A DNA stretch of 64,000 nt from Octopus vulgaris (taxonomy: Eukaryota), in NCBI GenBank assembly GCA_951406725.2, contig OX597816.1:114266001-114330000 (forward strand), in the 5' to 3' direction. Both the position numbers and the translations under genes were made by a program. Shown here piece after piece: positions 1 to 12,634 of the stretch (positions are counted from its first letter, which is position 1; each line of letters starts with the position of its first letter). The notes under the pieces were generated by a model that was not told where the DNA came from, ran no database searches, and worked only from the letters and a program-made list of their open reading frames with translations.

Positions 1-1540
1 TTCTTTCTTAAGTTACTTTGATTCACATAAATTCTCTTTAGGGAAACTCCAACTGCAACTTTCACACAGTTTTCCCTCCAGTTATTGTCATTATAAATAG
101 GTTCCGGTTAGTTATTAATGCCTAATGTGAATGTTCATATCTGCTGCAGATAATTCATTGCATTTCAGGACAGGAAACTTAAGTTTTTGCATGTCTTAAT
201 CCACCAAGCTGTTGAGAATAGGTAAGTAGATCTGCAGAGGATGCTATCATCCAGAAAGAAATACATTTCACTGCTGCTCAATAGTTATGAAACTGGAATT
301 AAACTTGAGTTTCATGAGAGAATGAGGATTATAAGAAAACTTTCAAAATATGATGAAAAAATTACCATTTCTAAAACCATGGTAAGATTCAATACCCAGC
401 ACTTATTTATAGGCTGCATACAGTCCATCATATTTAAAGACAAGATGTGCCCTCTCAAAACAGTACAAATCTTGCCAAATTTTAATTTCTCAGAATGTCA
501 GCTAGATTCTAACAAGATAGAGAATATATTCTGCTATGAGTGTAGGGAGGAATGAAGAAGCTGAAGATACAGACTTACTAATCATGACGAAAAGACCAAT
601 GACTAAACCACTCACCCAATACAACTGATCATGTAAAAAAAAAAAAGAAGTGTAAAAGCGTTCATAATCTTCAATTATTTTAGTAACTATATTGATATTA
701 TAAAGATTTGAATAAAATGCCAGACACCTCAAAAGTAATTTGAAGAAGAAATAAAAATGAAATTAAAGTTGAAAAAATTGTAGCTTTGAATGATAATTTA
801 TACTTTAAGAAATTGTTCTAAAAGGTTAACAATATAATGTAACCCCTGCCTGATCTCACCCCACTACCATTTGCATTTGTTCTTCATGAGAAATTATGCA
901 TTTGATCCCCAACATAGGATTCTCTTCCTTTTCCACTACACCTCTCTTTAGCTCTTTACTCTAATAAGCTAGTCAGGCTGTCTGATCTTTAATTAGTCCC
1001 TTTACTCTCTTTATTTCTATCAATTCAGCTTGCTTGATTTTGGTACTTTGTTGCATCCTGGCACCAGTCACTAGTAGTTCCAATATCTTTACAAGCCAAG
1101 AAATTCACTCTATCATTATACTTTGAGATAAGGACAACCTTCAAAAATTAACAGCTCCACCCTCTTTTTCAACTAAACAGTTTAACTTTTAGGTCATTGA
1201 AATAATAATAATATTGAAGCTAATGGAGACAATTATAATAGCAATAACCAACAGCAACACTTAAGTTAATGTCTCAATAAGGTATGAAGATTTACGAAGT
1301 TATGGGGATGGGCAACCAGAAGGTGGTAGTGTTCATGCACTTTTCATAGGATTAGCATGTTATATGAAACTAATGTAGTCAAGAATTGAAATTAGGATGG
1401 GAGAGGATGCATTTGCCAGAACATTATTTTGCAACATGCATTTGGTAATGCCAATAATAACAATAACAACTACTATTAATTAATAGCTATAACTAATGAT
1501 AAAATTATATAGACATAACCCTACACTTATGAATATGCAT

Positions 1541-1953
1541 GTAGGTGTGTGTTTAAGAAGTTAGCTTCTGAACCACTTAATTTCAAGTTTAGTCTGACAG
1601 CAAGTTTCTTCTGCTATAACCCTGGGTTTAATCAAAGGTTTGTGAGTGGATTTTGTTGGTGAAAACCGAAAGATGCCTGTCGTGTGTGTGTGTGTGTGTG
1701 TGTGCGCGCATTTGTATCTCATTGTCTTGATATATGTGATAGTTGTAGATGAGTTTCACCATCATACAAACAGTATCATTGTTCATTTCCAGTCTTCTGT
1801 GAAAACATGTCTGGTCATGGTAAAATATTACCTTGCATGCAAACACGTGAGGGCTGGAGACAGGAAGGGCATCCAACTATAGATAATCTGCCTCAATAAA
1901 CTCCATTTGACCCATGGAAGCATGGAAAAGTAGAAGTTAAAATGATGATGATG
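1541..1953 (+). mobile_element. SINE, family-A head with RTE-LINE-type 3' tail (degenerate)
   Basis: 5' part aligns by eye with 6837-7000; central (TG)n; 3' end GGAAGGGCATCC...ACCCATG..AGCATGGAAAAG...(ATG)n is shared with RTE ends at 16853 and 63382. Confidence 0.8.
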
Positions 1954-2290
1954 GTGAATGTACGAGCTGACAGACACTGTATTATACTCTCTTTCTTTCT
2001 CTCTCTCTCTCCTCTACTTAACATACATAACCATACATCCACTGAAAGAGCCAATTTTACAGGTTCATTAACTCTGTCATCACAGTTAAAACAACTGTTG
2101 AATATTGATGCAGTGGAGGTGGTGATGATGGATTATTATGGAGATAACGATAATCATCTCAGATTGTGATACTCATTATTTAAAAATAAATCTACAATTG
2201 TTGATTCATTCTGAGTTGCACATGACAATTTAAACTATCTAATATAAGCAAACAAATATGAGTAAAATCAAAGAGAAAGCTAAGTGATAA

Positions 2291-2511
2291 TGGTTTCAAA
2301 TTTGGCACACGGTCAGCAAATTTTCAGGGAAATTTTAAGGGTAAATCAATTACATTGACCCCAGTGTTCAACTAGTACTTATTTTATCAAACCTGAAAGG
2401 ACAAGCGGCAAAGTTGACCCTGGTGACATTGGAACTTAGAACATGAAGTTGGAAGAAATGCCGCTAAGCATTTTGTCCAGCACAGTAATGATTCTGTCAG
2501 TCCACCACCTT
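2291..2511 (-). mobile_element. SINE family C
   Basis: Reverse-complement match to the family C body at 14248 and 37479 (GAGTTCAAAT...GACTTTGCCTTTCATCC...AAGTACCAGTT). Confidence 0.8.
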
Positions 2512-2634
2512 AATAATAGCTGTCAATTATATGTGTTTAAATCTCATTGATTATTTGGATATTAAGCTGGATGGAATATATAAATAGGTATTTACCATTT
2601 GTATTGTCATAAAAGGGGAAACATAGATGATTAA

Positions 2635-2857
2635 TCCGTTTGATACCAACTCGCCTGAAACTGCCTCTGGCGCTGTAGTACAAATGTTCTATTTTCAAAA
2701 GTGCTGAAGTAAAAACTTCCACCAAACCTTTAGTCATAATTTATATTTCTAATACTGGCTTAATGATAATTAAGTTACTTTACTAAATTCTTTGTTACAT
2801 TTAAAATTAATTGAAAGAAACACACAGCATCTCAACAGAAATATGGTAACAAAAGGG
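2635..2857 (+). mobile_element. piggyBac-type MITE (~220 bp)
   Basis: TTAA at 2631-2634 and 2858-2861; TIR tccgtttgatacc / ggtaacaaaaggg; colinear with the copy at 12208-12428. Confidence 0.85.
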
Positions 2858-3611
2858 TTAATAAGTAAATGTTGCCAATAGTGGTCAGGTGGCTGATGAA
2901 ATGAGTTGTTAAATATGTGTATGCAGAGAGAGAGAGAGAGAGAGTGTGTGTGTGTGTGTGTAACATTGTTGTTAGATTTGAGTGAAGAAGCACATTCAAG
3001 ATTGTAGATGTGCCAAACGGAGTTAATAACTTCTTAATGAGATATGAAGCATTATGAAACTATAGTAAGGAGTGGGAAACCTGGAAGATGTTCAACAGAA
3101 TTAGCACTCAATATAACTATTACAATCAAGAATAGAAATAGGGTTGGAGGATTTTGCATTTGACAAAACCTACTCTGGCAGCATGCTTTTGATAACAAAG
3201 TGTTTTAAACAGTGTCAAGGTTGAAGCTTGGATAGATTCATTTGACAAACTACCTCAAAATCACTGATAAAAAATATATTTTAGTATGCTTTAACTGGTT
3301 ATAGAAAAAGAGTCCCTAAAATATGTGTCTCAATATCAATTATTAGTTAAGATTTGGACCATTTTGATATATATTCAAATACAAAGCCAGAGCTTTTCTT
3401 CTGAACAAAGTGTGAAAACTATTCTCTAAATATGAATTTACTTCTTCAAGCACTTTCAAATTTGATGATAGATCAGCAGCTACATAATATATGCATTTTA
3501 TGATATAGATTATGAACATTTAATCATCTTAGATAAAAATGTTAGACTGTTTTTACATTTATTTATCAACCTGAATTTTTCTATATCCATTCCATATGTC
3601 TTCTGTGACTC

Positions 3612-3673
<62 letters not shown>

Positions 3674-3721
3674 ACATATATATGCATGCATGTACACATA
3701 CATATGTATATATATATTTAG

Positions 3722-4190
3722 TATGGCTGAATAATTAAAAGGTTCACTTCCCAATCATGTGGTTACAGGTTCAGTTCCACTGCACAGCATATTGGTAGGT
3801 GTGGCTTATAGCCTTAGGTTAACTAAAGCTTTGAGTGAATATAACAGAAAAACTGAAAGAAGCCTACTATGTGTGAAGGGTATGTATATATGTATATATA
3901 TTATATATTTTATTAAATTATATTTATTAAATATATATATATATATATATATATAAATAACATACATACACTTATATGTATGTATGTATGTGTGCATATG
4001 TGTCCTATGTGTTTGTTTACATTTGTGCTTTACCAAAGCTGTGACCTATAATCAGATTATCAACTTCTATCAACAAATCACCCAATCACTTCATGCTTTT
4101 CAACATGTGTGAACTAAAAAATCTCTTAAATGGAAAAATTGGTAAGGCTTAGTAAGAAGAAGGGCATTTGGCTGCAAAATAATGCTTAAG
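3722..4190 (+). mobile_element. Degenerate family-A SINE with RTE-type tail
   Basis: GGTTCAGTTCCACTGCA head, GAAAAACTGAAAGAAGCC motif, microsatellite middle, GAAGGGCATTTGGCTG tail remnant. Confidence 0.65.
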
Positions 4191-6050
4191 TGATATATGT
4201 GCCTAATTAATTAACAAGCTAACATAGAAAAACAGATGAAAAATGAATGAATACACACACACACATGCATGCATATATGTATATGCACACACATGTACAT
4301 AAATATAAACAGAGTGATAAAGCAGAGGGAAATAAACCATCAGAAGAGAAAGAGAGGAAGACAAACATGCTAAAAAGACGAAAGTATTAAGAATTAAGAA
4401 TAAATAATTTAGAAGAGAGATAATTAAAGGATTTGAAATAACAAAATTATAACATTTGATTATTATTTGGTAAGTGTAACTAGTCAAGGTCAATATAGTA
4501 GAGTGACCTTGACTTGTTACTTTAATAAATCTATAGGGTTTGTTTAGCAGTTGGTTACTGCATCTTAGCAATACTGGTGTTAGGGTGATTATTTCAGTGA
4601 CCTGAGCACATAAACTAGTTTTGAATCTCAATGGCAACTGTGTCATTTCTCATTAACTCTCTCCTCTAAATAAATATCCTTAAAGGAAATGTAAAATAAA
4701 GAGGAAGGGTAGCAATTACTCAAAAAGACATCTTTAAAAGAAGCTATGAGTGTAATTTAATTTTCATATCGTTATGGTTATTTTTTTTTATATAGACTTT
4801 TCCATAAACTCTTCATGTAGCGCAATATATTTTGGATGAATATGACAAGTCTAAACTTTCTTCAAACTGACCTATAATGACATCAGCCACAGCAGCAACA
4901 ACACATATAACAACAACCACCACAACTACCATCAATGTTTATGCCTCTGTTGTTCTTTTCCATTTTAGTATGTTACACATATTATTTTCTACATTTAGCA
5001 GGCCTTATTATGTCATCATTGTTAAGATTGGTCATAAAAGGAGTTTTTGAAACCTGTTTACTATAACTAATAGGTACCTTTTCTCTACTGTACTTCCAGT
5101 ACACTTTTAGTCATTTGACTTTTATCATTACATTCTCCACAATTATTATAACATTTAGTTTTGTTATATTCACAGAATAACTCATTCCAGCATATACAAT
5201 ACATGTCATGATGGCTTTATTTACTCAAATCAAACCTAAATATTCCTTTTTTTAAATTTTGTCTTCAAACTATTCTGAGATTAATGATGGTGTTTTTGTT
5301 GTAAACATTAATATATTCAAGTGCAGCTTTATATTTAATTACGAAAATAATAAGGATTCTTGAAAGTTGATTTTTACTTAATTTGTTTTTGTTGATAGAA
5401 GTGTAAAAAATGTTGCAATAAGTTATATAATAGTTACAAAAATTTTTCTCATTAATAACTTCACAAGCATTTAATTTGGAACAATATTATAATCTAGGTT
5501 GCTTTTGTAAAGCATAATTTAAGCTTTAAATATTAATTAAGTTAAAAAATCAGTGGGAAATAAGAAAAAAAGTTTAGAAAGTATGAAAAAAAAATCACAC
5601 ACACACAAAATACAGCAACACCTGTAATCATTTATTTTTTCTTCATTGATCAGAATATTTTGAAGAAATCATGTTAAATAAAAAAGAATCATATGAAACT
5701 TAGTGCCATCCAAGCTACCAATTAAAAAAAATACAAATAAAAAAAAGTGAAAATTAAATTTTATCGAAATATAAGCTCACACAATCTTATTTTTAATTTA
5801 TAGTTATAAATCACAAATGGATTTTGTTATGGAATAGGAAAATATTTATCCACTTATATCAGGAACATATAAATAAAATAATTAAAAATTCTAACAACGT
5901 TTATGAAATAGGTATACCATTTAAGAATTTTAAAGGAAGTTGACATATTCATTATTTTATCAAAATAGACAATAATACTCAGACGTTAGGGAAAATCATT
6001 CGTAAACTCAGCAGAGTATTTACATGGTATTCACTAGAATAAGAAATAAA

Positions 6051-6270
6051 AAAGGGAGCTGGATGAATTAGCATGCCAGACAAACCGTTTAGCAGCATTT
6101 CTTTCAACTTTACATTCTGAGTTCAAATCCTGCTACCATTGAATTTGCCTTTCATCCTTTTGGGGGTTGATAAAATAAATTACCAGTCATGTACTGGGGT
6201 TGATGTTACTGACATGACCCCACCCCCAAATTTTCAGGCCTTGTACAAATGGTAGAAAGTATTATTATTA
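6051..6270 (+). mobile_element. SINE family C
   Basis: CTGAGTTCAAATCC B-box-like motif, TTTGCCTTTCATCCTTT core, (ATT)n tail. Confidence 0.8.
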
Positions 6271-6384
6271 CAACTAATACTAATACTACCATTATCGCTG
6301 TTGATGTTGGAAATTATTTATTTGCTTGAAATCTAGAAAATAAGATGCAAATGCACTTTTTTGCAGTTTCATATTTTTTTCTAG

Positions 6385-6417
<33 letters not shown>

Positions 6418-6420
<3 letters not shown>

Positions 6421-6606
6421 TTATTCAACTATCTCTTTCGCTTTCATATATTAACAGTTTAGATCTTAATTATAAAAAAGATATGAAACCATTATTCTAT
6501 ACTAATTTAGTTAATTGAAAGATAGAAATTTAAATGTAATAAAATGTTTTAAAAGAAATTTGAAGTGCCTGTGTGATAACTATAAACCTACTTTTGGGCT
6601 ACCCTG
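6418..6606. mobile_element. Possible Tc1/mariner MITE remnant inside a (TA)n tract
   Basis: TA|CAG...CTG|TA ends; right end reads CAGGGTAGCCCAAAAGTAGG on the minus strand, but the left end matches only CAG. Confidence 0.3.
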
Positions 6607-6836
6607 TATATATATATATATATATAGTGAGTTTTGGTAACAAAATTCTTAAGTTTATAGATTTTCAGATAGAAATAGTTTAATAGTCTGAATCTAATAA
6701 TGCTTAATTTCATTATTTTGGAAATTAAGAAAATTAAAATCCAAATTAATGTTAATAATACAACAGCTAGAAATAAGGATTCCACTTTTTTTTTCCATCT
6801 CTTTATCACCATTACAAAAAAAAATAAAAATTAATA

Positions 6837-7248
6837 GGTGCAGGAGTGGCTGCGTTGTAAGTAGCTCGCTTACCAACCACATGGTTGCGGGTTCAGTCCT
6901 ACTGCATGGCACTTTGGGCAAGTGTTTTCTACTATAGCCTTGGGCTGACCAAAGCCTTGTGAGTAGATTTGGTAGACGGAAACTGAAAGAAGCTGGTTGT
7001 GTATATATATATATATATATATTAATATGTATATGTTTGTGTGACTGTGTTTGTCCCCCTAACATTGCTTGACAACCATTGCTGGTGTGTTTACATTCCT
7101 GTAACTTAGCAGTTCGGCAAAAGAGACCGATAGAATAAGTACTAGGAATACAAAGAATAAGTGCTGAGGTCGATTTACTCAACTAAAGGCGGTGCTCCAG
7201 CATGGCCACAGTCAAATGACTGAAACAAATAAATAAATAAAATAAAAA
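6837..7248 (+). mobile_element. Full-length SINE family A (tRNA-like head)
   Basis: TGGCTGCGTTG A-box-like and GGGTTCAGTCC B-box-like motifs, internal (TA)n/(TG)n, 3' CAGTCAAATGACTGAAACAA plus A-rich tail; more than 10 related copies in the window. Confidence 0.9.
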
Positions 7249-7342
7249 ATTCTATCCTATTTCACAAAATCATCACTATTGTTGCTGATATGATGAATAG
7301 ATCTGATAAACTATTACAAAATCATAGAACTCATAAATTTTT

Positions 7343-7775
7343 TAGGGCAGAATCAGTAGAGCATCAGTGAAGTGTTAGCTTGCAATATTTAGTTGTGCTG
7401 TAGTCCCAACAGTTACTTTTTTGAGTTCAAATCTCTCCAGAGCTGATGATGACTCTTATCTTGCTTGAATTCATTAAATATTAGTTAAGTAGTAACATTG
7501 ATTTAATCAAATATCTTACGATGCATTTCCTAAAATGTCGTGGCTTTGTACCAATGTGAGAAAGCATTGTAGATAATAAGAGAATCAGGATAGCACCAGA
7601 CAAAATCAAGTACAGCATTTAGTCAGGCCCTTTACCTACTCAAATAAAATCCAACAAGGGACACTGCTTTCTAGAGTTAACAAAATAAAATACCAGTCAA
7701 ATAAGTGGCAAAGCTGGTGCAATTAATATTAAGAGACATCTTTCCTAAATTTGTGACTTCATGCTAATGTAAAAA
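7343..7775 (+). mobile_element. Two old tandem family-C SINE remnants
   Basis: GGCAGAATCAGTAG, GAGTTCAAAT, AAAATACCAGTCAA motifs in the expected order, highly diverged. Confidence 0.5.
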
Positions 7776-9268
7776 ATACTTCTTTATCTATAATAAATGT
7801 TTATGTGGTATTGTAATAGTAAGTTATAGATCGTGGACAGAATAAAGTTCTTCTTTGCACTGCATTTATATGTTAGCACACTTAGGAGGTATTTAAATGT
7901 TATAATTTCTTCAGAACTCTATAATATTATTGAGAAACATAACTATTATAAATACAGCAGTTGTTGTTATCCCTATTTTTATAATTATTAACATACTTTC
8001 ATTAATATTATTTCTATTAACACTGGAATGAAAACTACTATCTCAAAAGAAAGTAAAAAATTAGCAACTTAATTATAAAGATACCTTGTTCTAATTTTAT
8101 TTTTCTGTATAAAAGAAATAACATTTTTTTCCACTTATTTTTCACAAAACTGAAATAGCTTTTATTTGTTAGTAAGTATTATTGTATGTTGCACACAGAT
8201 ACACACACATGTATATATAGACTTTCTTGTGCAACTGTGTGTGTATGTGTGTGTGTGTATGTGTGTGTGTGTATTTTTTAATTATTATAAATCTTCCACT
8301 GAGGAGGGAGCCGGTTTCCAACAAAGATGTGTGTGTGTAACCCTTGGGGTAACACACACATATACATTCAATAACAGCCTAATAACAAAAGACCGTGTAA
8401 CCAAAAACAAAACAAAAGATAATAAATAAAAATCTGCTAAATTGTCTTTTACTCTCATTCTTTGTTATATCTAATACAGGTAACACATGTGGCAGTTTAG
8501 AAGAATTCGTTATAATGAAAAAAAAAAAAAATAGCAGGAATGCCAGAATAAAATATATTAATTTCATTGCTAATAACTGAACAGAAATATGCAAAAACAC
8601 CTCAATTATTGACCTCTTAGGCTGCATATGTGCAAGATCATAAACACATGAGTGTGCATGTGAGTGCATGTATGCGCATGTGTGTGCATATGTATGCATA
8701 TGTTTTGCATGTGCACATGAAGTTGTAGTAATTTTACCACTACAAAATTGCTATGTTTTACAAGTTGAATGTTGGCTATACTCTGTGAATATGAGTTTTT
8801 GATTTCATTTTCTAATTAACATCAACACAGATATTGGTATAGTATGGGTTTAGGTGTACTGTTGATAAAATAAAATTAAAATAATATTCCTTTCCCCAAA
8901 GCTTTAATATTTACATTTGGCAAACCATAATAACATACATAGTTCCAGATTCAAATTCTTGAATACTCTAGCAAACTTTTTATACTGAAATATATTTTTT
9001 GATGTATATACGAAATATTCATCTTTAAGATAATTCATTTCAATTTTATAAGTATTAAATTCAACCAGGTTGAGCATTTCTGACTTGATTTATTACACAT
9101 TCTCAGTTCTGCTTAGTGAAATAAGCTCTTCCACATTTTTTTTCTCTCCTAACATAAAAAAATAACGTATATGAATGTATACATTTTAAAATACATTCAT
9201 GCAAAGGTATACTAAATGAATTTATGTTAGGGCATAAGGAGTGTATGGAAACTTATTTCAATATATGT

Positions 9269-9425
9269 AGGCGCGGGCATGGCTGTGTGGTTAGGGAGCT
9301 TGCTTCCTAGCTACATGGTTTCGGGTTCAGTCCCACTGCATGGCACTTTGGGTAGGTGTCTTCTACTATAGCCCCAAGCCGACCGGAGCTTTGTGATTGA
9401 ATTCGGTAGGTGGAAGTTACTGCCG
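9269..9425 (+). mobile_element. SINE family A, 5' half
   Basis: Matches the 6837 head (GGGTTCAGTCCCACTGCATGGCACTTTGGG). Confidence 0.85.
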
Positions 9426-9675
9426 TGTGTGTATGTGTGTGTATAGCTGCTCAGTGCCTCTCCGAAAGAGAGAGAGGGTATGCATGCATATGTGTGTGTG
9501 TGTGTGTGTGTGTATGTGATTTGATTTTTTATGGGCCTTGTTTATATAATATAGTTGTGGGGCCGATTCTATATGGCCCTCCAGTAAGTTTTGCACTGAA
9601 GTATAATGATGTGGTATTTGAGAAATATTCAATATTCATCTTTAACTATCTTTATAAATGATGATGATGATGATG

Positions 9676-9708
<33 letters not shown>

Positions 9709-10144
9709 TGTAAATTCATTCAAATATAGTCATCCATGAGACTACTTGTTTGTATCTTCAGGCACCATGTTGGTGGAGCTAATACTGAAATGAATATTGT
9801 GTTCACTGGTTTAAACATAAAGGGATATAAGTAGTGGCTAGATATTTTCACCTACAACTATATTCTAGTTTTACATAATGTATTGAAAACTCTTTTCATT
9901 CATGAATTCATTTGAAAACATCCGGCTTTATATATATATATAGTTATGTAGATAACATCATAAACATCATCATCATTTCACATTTGTTTTCCATGCTGAC
10001 ATGAATAGGACAGAAGATGTGGAACACTTTATGGATTTGTATGTTATCCTTGTTGGGGGGCTTTTCTAATTTTCTCTGTATTGTTCATGACACCCACATA
10101 TATACATGCAATCAACAACCACACACACACACACATATACATAC

Positions 10145-10186
<42 letters not shown>

Positions 10187-10367
10187 ACCCTCATATACAT
10201 GACATGATGCTATTTTCTGCTGCCCTTTTCTTTAGTTTATTATCATATTCCTTTCTCTCTAAAGATGAATTTATTTCATGTTTAAATAAATTCAACTGTT
10301 TTATACAAAACAAGTATTTACATTATTTACATTTGAAGGGATATTTGTCCTCATCTTGTTTGTTGTT

Positions 10368-10413
10368 AACACAACGTTTTGGCTGATATACCCTCCAGCC
10401 TTCATCAGGTGTC
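10368..10413 (-). ncRNA. Minimal type-I hammerhead ribozyme motif, core mutated
   Basis: GACAC-CTGATGA-A-GGCTG-gagggtatat-CAGCC-AAAAC-GTT-GTGTT; GAAA changed to AAAA, consistent with CpG decay. Confidence 0.6.
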
Positions 10414-10451
10414 TTGGGTACTCATTCCTAAGGTATTTTTCCATGTTGTTG

Positions 10452-10490
<39 letters not shown>

Positions 10491-10562
10491 TGGTCACTGC
10501 CCGGAATTGAACTTGGAATCTTAACCACTATGTCATATGCCGAGTTCTATTCCAGGCAGTGA

Positions 10563-10601
<39 letters not shown>

Positions 10602-10671
10602 TAGTAATGATAATGATAACAACATTGAAAAATACCTTAGGAATGAGTACCCAGGTTCAAAATTTCCCCAA

Positions 10672-10714
10672 GACACCTGATGAAGGCTGGAGGGTATATC
10701 AGCAGAAATGTGTT
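10672..10714 (+). ncRNA. Hammerhead ribozyme motif, degenerate
   Basis: GACAC-CTGATGA-A-GGCTG..CAGCA-GAAAT-GTGTT; lacks the 3 nt carrying the cleavage triplet. Confidence 0.5.
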
Positions 10715-10987
10715 AACAACAAACAATATGAGGACAAATATCCTTCAAATGTAAATAATGTACATAATTCCTCATCTCTTAAATATAGAACTGAAACAAG
10801 TATTGTTGTCATAATTGCAAGAAATTTATTTTTGTTATTCCTGTCATTAATTACACCCCCACACATAATACATGGATACATACACACATTCATATGTAAA
10901 TGTATAAATCATCTAAGAGTCTGTAAATCAGGGAAAAAATGCATATTTTTTGTCTATTTGTCAATAGAGTGGGTATATTATCTGAAG

Positions 10988-11199
10988 TGTACAGTATTAT
11001 ATACCCATTATGGCCGATCTTATCAATTAGTTTCACACAAGGAATTCAATAGAATGTTAGGTAACATTCCGATTATGTAACTCTGCATTCATCAGAGGTA
11101 GCTGGGTTACATAATTGGATTGTTACCTAGCAATCTGCTGAATCCCTAGAGTGAAACCAATTGGTAAGATTGGCTGTAATGATTATATAATATTGTACA
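10988..11199. repeat. Palindromic foldback element (~95-bp arms, ~20-nt spacer), MITE-like
   Basis: tgtacagtattatatacccattatggccgatcttatcaattagtttcac...ttaggtaacattccgattatgtaac is the imperfect reverse complement of gttacataattggattgttacctag...gtgaaaccaattggtaagattggctgtaatgattatataatattgtaca. Confidence 0.85.
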
Positions 11200-11689
11200 A
11201 TATATATATATATATACACCCATGCAAGGCAGTGTAAATATTCCATGGAAACATGGTCTGGTTAGGGAATAGGTGAATGTTGGTGACATGGAAAGTATCC
11301 AGCCTTAGAAAATATGCCTTAGTGAATTTTATCTGACTTGTGCATGCATAGAAAAGTGAACATTGATGATGAATGCTTACATATATTCAAATACATATCC
11401 ACACACACATACATATATATATGCACATATGTATGTGCGTGCATACATATATACTAAACCATTAGATCATCTGACATGGCTTTTCATCCTTTTAGAGTAG
11501 ATAAATGAATTACTTGTTCTGTACTAGGGCTGACTCCCCTATCTGTTTATCTTTTTTTTTTTTTTTTTTGCTTGCTTTTCTTGAAACATCAGTACAGAGA
11601 GCTATGGCCTCAATTTTTATATTTACTAGTTTCAGCTCAGGAGCTGAGACCATGCTGAAGCACCAGATGATTAAAGGTCAATTAAATAC

Positions 11690-12189
11690 TATACAAAATA
11701 ATCTTTGAATCGAAATTATCTTTTGTTTCTAGAGAAGGCAAAAAAAAAAAATGCCTAGTGACAACTGCAACCGTCTTTGAATGAGTAAGGGAGATAATCT
11801 CAAGAATCAAGTAGCTTCAGGAACTGACATGCCATGAAGTGGCCTTAAACCACTCCAAGTTATTGCTTCGAACAAATTACCCTATTCTATAAATATTCTC
11901 TATTGCTTTCCTGCTCTCAAAGTAATCTCTCTGCAGGATTTGAAGTAGGAGAACTGCTGTGCTGATGATGCCTACAAAAGTAGAAATACATGTGCACAGC
12001 AAGCTGTTCCCTTGTTTCCAGACAATCAGACTGCCTATTCTTTAATATCATATCAACTCACAAGAATACTTGATTCTTGAGATTGTCTATCTTTCTTTGA
12101 CAGAGTTGGTTGCAACTGCCACCAGGCAATTGATTTACCTTCTTTGGCAGTGAAGATAATTTTGATAAATCAAAAATTAATTCTGTATA
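11690..12189. mobile_element. Element with ~120-bp imperfect terminal inverted repeats and an internal hammerhead motif
   Basis: Arms 11690-11813 and 12067-12189 (e.g. aatctcaagaatcaagta / tacttgattcttgagatt); TA at both ends. Confidence 0.75.
11955..12001 (+). ncRNA. Type-I hammerhead ribozyme motif, cleavage base mutated
   Basis: Stem I TGCTGTG/CACAGCA (7 bp), CTGATGA, stem II TGCCT-acaa-AAGTA (one mismatch), GAAA, short stem III TACATGT, position 17 = G. Confidence 0.6.
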
Positions 12190-12207
12190 TTACTTAAAGT
12201 ACATTAA

Positions 12208-12428
12208 CCCTTTCATTACCAACCTGGTTGAAACTGCCTCTGGCTCTGTAGTACAAATATTTTGTTTTCATAAGTTTTTAATTAAAATCTTCCACCAAAA
12301 CTTAGTCACAATTTATGTTCTTAACACTAGCTTAATGATAACTAAGTTATTTTACTAAATTCTTTGTTATATTTAAAATAACTGAAAGAAACATAGAGCA
12401 TCTCAAAATAAATATGGTAATGAGAGGG
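12208..12428 (+). mobile_element. piggyBac-type MITE (221 bp)
   Basis: TTAA TSD at 12204-12207 and 12429-12432; TIR CCCTTTCATTACC / GGTAATGAGAGGG. Confidence 0.9.
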
Positions 12429-12479
12429 TTAAGTTGTTTACAAATAAACAAACATTGAAAGACCAAGTGAGTTGAAATA

Positions 12480-12634
12480 TTTTCAGAAATGAAGGGAATC
12501 TTAACTGCAGGAAAATAGCTGTAAAAACAGCTTTAGAAGATCAGTTTTCCTCTCTGTAGGGGTATTTTACTCGATTTTTTAAAGCTGTTTTCACATCTAT
12601 TTTCCTGCATCTGAGATTTCCTTCATTTCTAAAA
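12480..12634. repeat. Foldback element (~62-bp arms, ~30-nt spacer)
   Basis: agaaatgaagggaatcttaactgcaggaaaatagctgtaaaaacagcttta versus taaagctgttttcacatctattttcctgcatctgagatttccttcatttct. Confidence 0.85.

Larger units (their letters stand above)
10319..10793. mobile_element. Head-to-head inverted dimer of a tRNA-headed, hammerhead-bearing (Penelope-like) retroposon
   Basis: 10319-10540 is the reverse complement of 10539-10762 apart from internal deletions; same family as 47830-48266. Confidence 0.8.

Noticed and set aside
169-555. Possible plus-strand 53-nt exon (169-221, AG|gtaagt) and 104-aa ORF
   Set aside because: No recognisable motif and no partner exons; consistent with chance
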